This document shows, piece by piece, positions 40,259 to 46,046 of a DNA stretch of 64,000 nt. Origin of the DNA: Herbidospora yilanensis (GTDB lineage: Bacteria; Actinomycetota; Actinomycetes; Streptosporangiales; Streptosporangiaceae); assembly GCF_001570565.1 (NCBI RefSeq), contig NZ_BBXE01000013.1, positions 264,984 through 328,983 on the forward strand, in the 5' to 3' direction. Numbering within the stretch: position 1 is the stretch's first letter; each line of letters starts with the position of its first letter. The notes beneath the pieces were generated by a model, which saw only the letters and a program-made list of their open reading frames with translations, did no database searches and was not told the DNA's origin. A program made the position numbers and the translations under genes.

Positions 40259-41994
40259 CACGCGCCCACGGGGGCGGGGGCCGCCTGGGCGTGCACGAAC
40301 GCCTGGTAGGCGGGGCTGGCCGACGACAACGTGCCGTGGTCGCCCACGGCGGTGACGCGGCCGGCGTCGACGACCACGATCGTGCCGGCCGCGGCGACCG
40401 TCGACAGGCGGTGGGTGACCATCACCACGGCCCGGTCGCGGCCCAGGTCGGCGAGCAGGTCGGTGAGCCGCCGTTCGTTGACGCCGTCCATGTGCGCGGT
40501 CGGTTCGTCGAGCAGCAGGATCTCGGCGTCGGTCAGCAGGGCGCGGGCGATGGACAGGCGCTGCTCCTCGCCGCCGGACATCTGGTCGCCCGCGCCGAGC
40601 ACCGCGTCCAGCCCGGCGGGCAGGGCGCGCACGGCCTGCTCCAGGCCGACGTCGCGCAGCGCGGTCCACAACTCGTCGTCGGACGGGGCGTCCGACCGGC
40701 CCAGCGTCAGGTTCTCGCGCACGGTCATGGACAGGATCGCCGACCCCTGCTCGACCAGGGCGACCCGGCGGCGGGCCTCGGCTGTCGGCCACTCGTGGAG
40801 GGGCGCGCCGAGGAGCTCCACCCGCCCGGCGTCGGTCTCGACGAAGCCCTCCACCACGTTGAGCAGAGTCGACTTGCCCGCTCCCGACGGTCCGACGATC
40901 GCCAGCACCCCGGTGCGCGGCACCTCAAGAGACACCCCGTCGAGCACCGGCTTGCCGCCGAGCGACACCACGACGTCCGAGAGCCGCAGCGCCGGCGCGC
41001 CCGGCGTCACCTCGGGCGCGCGGGCCGCCCCGGCCGGTTCGGTCTCCGCGCCGAGCACCTCGTCGACCCGCCGCGCGGCGGCCTTGCCGACCGCGATCCT
41101 GCCCGCGCCCTGCGCCAGCGCCATCAGCGGGTTGACGAGCTGGAACAGGTACATCAGGAAGGCGATGAACGCCGTGGTCTCCAGCGCGCCCGAGGCCAGG
41201 CGCACCCCGCCCACGGCGAGCACGCCGATGATGGCGACCTGCTGGCCCAGGCCCATCAGCGGGCTGATCGCCGCCTGGGCCCGCGCCGAGCGCACCGCCG
41301 ACGCCGCCGCCTCGCCGATCTCGTTCTCCAGCGGGGCGATGGCCCGGTCCTCCGCCCGGTACGCCTTGACCGTCGTCACCATCGTGAACACCGACTGCGC
41401 GGCCTGGGCCAGCCGGCCGAGCGCGGCCTGCTGCGCCTCGGCCGCCCGGCGCATGCCCGCCAGGAAGGCCCTGATGGCGATCGCGGCCACGACGAACGTG
41501 CCGACCGTCACGGCCAGCATCACCCAGTCGAGGATGCCCATCACGATCAGGTACGCCGTCACCATCACCGCCGAGACCGGCATGACCGTGACGCCCGTGT
41601 CGGTGATCGCGCGCATCTGGGCGGCGTCGGGCCCCATCCGGGAGACCACCTCGCCCACGCCGATCCGCCGGATCACCGGCACCCGCAGGCGCACCGCCCG
41701 GCGCACCACGGCCAGGCGCACGTCCTCGATGGCCCGTTCCCCGGCCGCGCTCAGCAGGTAGGACGACCAGCCTCCGGCGAACGCCCCGGCCAGCACGATC
41801 ACGACGAGCTGCGCCACCGGCCAGACGACGTCCCCGCCCGTCCCGCCGATCACGCCCAGGATGCGGGCGATCAGCAGCGGCGTGACGATCCCGGCCGCGG
41901 CCGAGACCAGGGCGAGCACCACCGAGGCGGCCAGCCGGCCCCGCCGCGCCCTAACCGACCGGGACAACAACCCGAGTGTCGGCGACTCCGCCAT
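40258..41994 (-). CDS. ABC transporter, fused permease/ATPase (peptide exporter type)
   Basis: 6-TM domain then VLAIVGPSGAGKSTLLNVV, MSGGEEQRLSIARALLTDAEILLLDEPTAHMD. Confidence 0.93.
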   Translation of the reverse strand: MAESPTLGLLSRSVRARRGRLAASVVLALVSAAAGIVTPLLIARILGVIGGTGGDVVWPVAQLVVIVLAGAFAGGWSSYLLSAAGERAIEDVRLAVVRRAVRLRVPVIRRIGVGEVVSRMGPDAAQMRAITDTGVTVMPVSAVMVTAYLIVMGILDWVMLAVTVGTFVVAAIAIRAFLAGMRRAAEAQQAALGRLAQAAQSVFTMVTTVKAYRAEDRAIAPLENEIGEAAASAVRSARAQAAISPLMGLGQQVAIIGVLAVGGVRLASGALETTAFIAFLMYLFQLVNPLMALAQGAGRIAVGKAAARRVDEVLGAETEPAGAARAPEVTPGAPALRLSDVVVSLGGKPVLDGVSLEVPRTGVLAIVGPSGAGKSTLLNVVEGFVETDAGRVELLGAPLHEWPTAEARRRVALVEQGSAILSMTVRENLTLGRSDAPSDDELWTALRDVGLEQAVRALPAGLDAVLGAGDQMSGGEEQRLSIARALLTDAEILLLDEPTAHMDGVNERRLTDLLADLGRDRAVVMVTHRLSTVAAAGTIVVVDAGRVTAVGDHGTLSSASPAYQAFVHAQAAPAPVGA

Positions 41995-42970
41995 CGGACC
42001 CTCCCCTCGCGCGCACGGCGGCGAAGATCTCGCGCAGGTCGCGCATGCACTCGTCCTGGCCGTACATGTTGTTGACCGAGCTGGGGTTGACGACCACCTC
42101 GTCCACCCCCAGGTCGTGGTACTTGGCGATCTCGTCGGCGATGTGGTCGGGGTCGCCGTAGACGTACACCCCGGCCTGGACGAGTTCCCTGGCGCCCGAC
42201 ACCGGGTCGGAGGCGTCCACGTCGAGGCCCGCCCTGCGCAGCATGTCGGTGTAGTGGGGGGCCGACAGGTGGCTGATGCTGCCGTACTGGGCCAGCAGGT
42301 TGGCCGACCGGCCGGGCCGGGCGACGGCCGCGTGCACGACCGACACGATGCGCGGCGGCGGCTGCACCCCGGCCGCGCCCTGCGCGACGGCCGGCATGAC
42401 GACGTCCTCGATGTACTTGAGCGGCGTCAGCCACGTCATCGCGAGGTCGCCGCAGCGGCCGGTGACCCGGGCCATGGCGGGCCGCAGCACCCCCGCGCCG
42501 ATCTCCACCGGCGGGCAGTCCATCGGCGGCAGCGCGGCGTCGACGGTGAAGTGCTCTCCCTTGTGCCGCACGTGCTCGTTGCGGGCCAGCCGGCGGGCGA
42601 CGTCGATGAACTCGCCGACGATCGCGGCCGGTCTGGCGTACGGCTCGCCGCGCAACTGCGTCACGTACTGCGGGTAGGCGGCGCCGTAGCCGATCGCCAC
42701 CGGTTGTCCCATGAGCCGGGCCAGCGACCGGGCCTGCAACGCCGCGTCGTACGGGTGGCGCAGCACGATCAGCCCGACGGCCATGCCGATCGAGATCCGG
42801 CAGCCCGTCCCGGCCAGGTAGGCGACCGCCGGGTGGGACTCGATCCGCAACGACTGCCCGAGCCACAACCGCGCCGCGCCGATCTCCTCGGTCAGCCGGC
42901 CGTACGGGACGATCGTGTCCGGGTCGGTCGGCTGGTGCGGGAACATGAACGACACCTTGCGCGAGCTCAC
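41951..42970 (-). CDS. LLM-class flavin-dependent oxidoreductase (candidate F420H2-dependent dehydroamino acid reductase, LanJ/LxmJ-like)
   Basis: FPHQPTDPDTIVPYGRLTEEIGAARLWLGQSLRIESHPAVAYLAGTGCRISIGMAVGLIVLRHPYDAALQARSLARLMG luciferase-like barrel; GTG start overlaps HopA1 stop. Confidence 0.85.
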   Translation of the reverse strand: MSSRKVSFMFPHQPTDPDTIVPYGRLTEEIGAARLWLGQSLRIESHPAVAYLAGTGCRISIGMAVGLIVLRHPYDAALQARSLARLMGQPVAIGYGAAYPQYVTQLRGEPYARPAAIVGEFIDVARRLARNEHVRHKGEHFTVDAALPPMDCPPVEIGAGVLRPAMARVTGRCGDLAMTWLTPLKYIEDVVMPAVAQGAAGVQPPPRIVSVVHAAVARPGRSANLLAQYGSISHLSAPHYTDMLRRAGLDVDASDPVSGARELVQAGVYVYGDPDHIADEIAKYHDLGVDEVVVNPSSVNNMYGQDECMRDLREIFAAVRARGGSDGGVADTRVVVPVG

Positions 42971-43938
42971 GACGCCACCTCCACCAGCGGGCTGTCGGCG
43001 TTGCGGTGCGGCGCGAGCGGGTCGGCGTTCGCCTCGGCGAGCGCCTCGGCGACGGCCTCGGCCAGGTCGCGGCCGTCGAACAGGTGCCGCGCCACGCCGT
43101 CGGCGACCGCCATCGTGCGGTGCTGGCCCAGGCTCATGCGGTCCCATCCGGGCCGGGTGTCGCGCGGCTCCCAGCCGTACGCGACGCCGTCGGCGATCGG
43201 GCTGGTCATCACCGAGTGGGCCGGGTTCAGGCCGGGCAGGTTCCGCACCGCCGCGACGAGGCCGCCCACGGCGTGCCACGACTCCTCGGTCAGGTAGACG
43301 ACGATCGCGTCCCGCCTCGGATACTGGTCGGCCTTCGCCAGCACCTTCGCCCGGTAGGTCGCCCCGGCGCCCTCCAGCCGACTCAGCACCGCGTGCCACA
43401 CGGCGGGCGCCATCGACGGCTCGTCGACGTGCAGGTAGATCCGCAGCATGTGGCCGCCGGCCCCGTGGCCGCCCGCCGAGCCGTTGACCAGGAAGAACCC
43501 GGGAGAGAGCGTCGGCCTGATCGCGGGCAGCTCCAGCGTGGTGCGGGTGCCGATCTCCGGCAGCGGCGTCGGGCTCTCGCCCCCGGGGATGCGCAGGCGC
43601 ACCCGGCCGACGTCGAAGAGCACGTGCCGGCCGAGCGGGCCGTCGATCATGGCCGACCGAACGACCGCCGGGGTGCGGCTGGTGCGGTGGGGGGTGGCCT
43701 CCCGCAGGAGGTCCTCGAAGTCGTAGTCGCGGCGCGGGTCCCACTCGCCGGTCCTGACGGCCGAGCCGCTGTGCCAGTGGCGGTAGAGCACCGGCCCGAG
43801 GTCCTGGCGCAACCGGGTGCGGTTGTCGCCCGTGACCGTCTCGTCCCCGACGGTCACCGACCGGGTGTCGGGGTCGAGGCGCAGGTCGCCGAGCAGGTGG
43901 TCGAGCCGGTCGAGGAGACCCTGGTGGGCGATGGTCAT
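42967..43938 (-). CDS. HopA1 (T3SS effector-like) family protein, candidate phospho-Ser/Thr lyase
   Basis: LYRHWHSGSAV, GFFLVNGSAGG, MLRIYLHVDEPSMAPAVWHAVLSRLEGAGATYRAKVLAKADQYPRRDAIVVYLTEESW: pattern of HopA1 proteins in class V lanthipeptide and thioamitide clusters. Confidence 0.82.
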   Translation of the reverse strand: MTIAHQGLLDRLDHLLGDLRLDPDTRSVTVGDETVTGDNRTRLRQDLGPVLYRHWHSGSAVRTGEWDPRRDYDFEDLLREATPHRTSRTPAVVRSAMIDGPLGRHVLFDVGRVRLRIPGGESPTPLPEIGTRTTLELPAIRPTLSPGFFLVNGSAGGHGAGGHMLRIYLHVDEPSMAPAVWHAVLSRLEGAGATYRAKVLAKADQYPRRDAIVVYLTEESWHAVGGLVAAVRNLPGLNPAHSVMTSPIADGVAYGWEPRDTRPGWDRMSLGQHRTMAVADGVARHLFDGRDLAEAVAEALAEANADPLAPHRNADSPLVEVAS

Positions 43939-43940
43939 GA

Positions 43941-45047
43941 TCAGTTCTCTCCAAGGCCGATGGTGGGGGCGAACTTCTCCGGCGTCGTGAGCGCGTTGCG
44001 GCCGATCCCGGCCATGCCGCGCTCCACCGCGCTGAGCCGCGCGCCGTGCACGGCGCCCGCGAGCAGCCGGTCGAAGAAGTGCCACCCGATGTAGCCGGTG
44101 GCCCGCACGGCCAGGCCCTCGTCCGGCTCGGCGACCTCCCGGTAGCCCTGCCAGAAGCGGCGGATGTGCTCGCGCACGGCCGACAGGTGCCGGTCGCCCG
44201 CGGCGACGATCGCCTCGTGGGCGGCGCCCGGCGACAGGCCCGTGTCCAGGTCGAGCTCGCGGAACATGCGCGCCACCGCGTGGTGCACGAACTCGCCCGC
44301 GAAGGCCCCGACGTCCCGGGCCGGGTCGTGGTGCCGGAACTCCTCCCAGTCGATGACGTACAGGTCGTCGCCGGAGCACAGGAACTGGTCCAGGCGCAGG
44401 TCGCCGTGGGTGACGGTGGCGGGGGCGGCGGCCGAGACCCGGTGCAGCGCGGCGAGCGCCTCGACCAGCACCTTGTCGTGCTGGAGCAGCGCCCACGCCT
44501 CGACCTCGCCGCCGCTGCAGTTGGCGTAGTCCTCGGGGCTCAGCGCGTAGAAGGCGTTGGCCCGGCGGTCGTCGGCCGACTCGGGCAGGTCCTCGGCGCG
44601 CGGCAGCGAGTGCACCTCGCCCAGCACCCGGCCCATCCGGTGGGCCAGCTCGACGTCGAGCTCCCCGGCCGCCAGCAGGTCGGAGGCGGCGCGGGAGTCC
44701 GGCACGTACTCGAAGACCAGCAGGCATTCGCCGGCGTCGGCGCCGTGGAAGGCCGGCACCCGCAGCTCGGCCGTCGCACGGCCGGCGATCAGCCGCTGGA
44801 AGGCCAGCACCCGGTCCATCCGGGCGGCGGCGTGCGCGCGGTCCCCCCGCAGGCGCTTGACGAACAGGTCGGGTCCCTCGGCGGTCGGCACCAGCCAGTT
44901 GTCGTTGCGGCCGAGGAAGCCGCGCATGCCCTCCACGATGGGCGTGGCCCCGCTGAGCGAGGCGACCGCCTGGACGAACTCCTCCGGGCGCGACACCGGC
45001 CGGGCCGCGACCAGCCGGGTCGTCTGTGTTTCCTCTTTCACGTCCAT
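43941..45047 (-). CDS. APH-family phosphotransferase, candidate Ser/Thr kinase of a RiPP dehydratase pair
   Basis: VTHGDLRLDQFLCSGDDLYVIDWEEFRHHDPARDVG (HGDxxxxQ and D-W-E APH catalytic motifs); divergent from precursor genes. Confidence 0.87.
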   Translation of the reverse strand: MDVKEETQTTRLVAARPVSRPEEFVQAVASLSGATPIVEGMRGFLGRNDNWLVPTAEGPDLFVKRLRGDRAHAAARMDRVLAFQRLIAGRATAELRVPAFHGADAGECLLVFEYVPDSRAASDLLAAGELDVELAHRMGRVLGEVHSLPRAEDLPESADDRRANAFYALSPEDYANCSGGEVEAWALLQHDKVLVEALAALHRVSAAAPATVTHGDLRLDQFLCSGDDLYVIDWEEFRHHDPARDVGAFAGEFVHHAVARMFRELDLDTGLSPGAAHEAIVAAGDRHLSAVREHIRRFWQGYREVAEPDEGLAVRATGYIGWHFFDRLLAGAVHGARLSAVERGMAGIGRNALTTPEKFAPTIGLGEN

Positions 45048-45246
45048 GCGCCGAAATCTATGGACGCGGAAAGGCCCCGCGACATCCCAGGAAAGCACCG
45101 GCAGCAGGCATATGGCAGATGCCTGACAGATCCTTGCCGGCCGGTGTTCCCGAATGGCAGTCGGCCGGTGACGCGGGCGCGCAAATCCTCGTCATTTCGC
45201 CAGGACCGGCGGCCTAGTTTCCTTTGTTCCGAAGGAAGGAGATCTC

Positions 45247-45387
45247 ATGTCCAGCGAACTCATCGCGGGATACGCGAACTACGCCAGCACCGAATCGGTC
45301 CTGAGCGAGAACACGACCGCCGAGTGGTGGCCGATCACGTCGTACACCGTCACGCTCTCCACGACGACCACCTCGATCTGGATCTGA
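45247..45387 (+). CDS. RiPP precursor peptide 1: MSSELIAGYANYASTESVLSENTTAEWWPITSYTVTLSTTTTSIWI
   Basis: Hand-translated 46-aa ORF, RBS GAAGGAAGGAG, conserved leader shared by four neighbours, no Cys, Thr/Ser-rich core. Confidence 0.88.
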   Translation: MSSELIAGYANYASTESVLSENTTAEWWPITSYTVTLSTTTTSIWI

Positions 45388-45397
45388 GGGGCGCGCC

Positions 45398-45538
45398 GTG
45401 TCCGAGCTGATCGCGGGTTACGCCAATTACGCCAGCACCGAGGCGGTGCTCCAGGAACGTTCCGAGGCCGGCCGCTGGATCGAGTGGACCCTCTGGTTCA
45501 CCGTCACCATCTCCGTCACCCCCACCTCCTCCCTCTGA
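45398..45538 (+). CDS. RiPP precursor peptide 2: MSELIAGYANYASTEAVLQERSEAGRWIEWTLWFTVTISVTPTSSL
   Basis: 46-aa ORF with GTG start, same leader, no Cys; core FTVTISVTPTSSL. Confidence 0.88.
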   Translation: MSELIAGYANYASTEAVLQERSEAGRWIEWTLWFTVTISVTPTSSL

Positions 45539-45559
45539 ACCTGCTGAGAAAGGAAGACC

Positions 45560-45709
45560 ATGTCCGAGCTGATCGCCGGTTACGCCAACTACGCCTCCAC
45601 CGAGGCCATCCTCCAGGAGCGGCAGCTCGCCGCCCGTGAGCCCGAGACCGGCCTGTTCACGCTCACCATCACGATCTCGCTGACCATCACGGTCACGATC
45701 AGCCTCTGA
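45560..45709 (+). CDS. RiPP precursor peptide 3: MSELIAGYANYASTEAILQERQLAAREPETGLFTLTITISLTITVTISL
   Basis: 49-aa ORF, RBS AAAGGAAG, same leader, strictly alternating (S/T-X)8 core, no Cys. Confidence 0.92.
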   Translation: MSELIAGYANYASTEAILQERQLAAREPETGLFTLTITISLTITVTISL

Positions 45710-45722
45710 CCAGGAGGTCCCG

Positions 45723-45872
45723 ATGCACGAGCTCGTCGCCGGATACGCGAACTATGCCTCGGCCGAGGCGATCCTGCGGGAACAGGCCGCCGGGCGTGTT
45801 CTCGAAGCGGGTCTCTTCTTCTCGGTGACCTTCAGCTTCACCCACAGCAATTCCATCTCCTTCTCCATCTGA
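45723..45872 (+). CDS. RiPP precursor peptide 4: MHELVAGYANYASAEAILREQAAGRVLEAGLFFSVTFSFTHSNSISFSI
   Basis: 49-aa ORF, RBS AGGAGG, same leader, strictly alternating (S/T-X)8 core, no Cys. Confidence 0.92.
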   Translation: MHELVAGYANYASAEAILREQAAGRVLEAGLFFSVTFSFTHSNSISFSI

Positions 45873-45890
45873 CCGAAAGGAAACGGGCGA

Positions 45891-46046
45891 ATGAACGACC
45901 TCATCGCCGGATACGCCAACTACGCCTCCACCGAGGCCATCCTGCACGAGCGGCAGATCGCGAGCCGCGACGCCGAATCGATCAGCGCGACCGTGACGGT
46001 CACCTGGACCCTCACCGTCTCCTGGTCCTACTCCTGGTCCTACTAG
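45891..46046 (+). CDS. RiPP precursor peptide 5: MNDLIAGYANYASTEAILHERQIASRDAESISATVTVTWTLTVSWSYSWSY
   Basis: 51-aa ORF, RBS AAAGGAAA, same leader, strictly alternating (S/T-X)9 core with Trp/Tyr at the C-terminal end, no Cys. Confidence 0.92.
   Translation: MNDLIAGYANYASTEAILHERQIASRDAESISATVTVTWTLTVSWSYSWSY

Noticed and set aside
45247-46046. Classical lanthipeptide precursors forming (methyl)lanthionine rings
   Set aside because: No Cys in any of the five translated peptides, so thioether rings are impossible; only dehydration/reduction or other chemistry is compatible.
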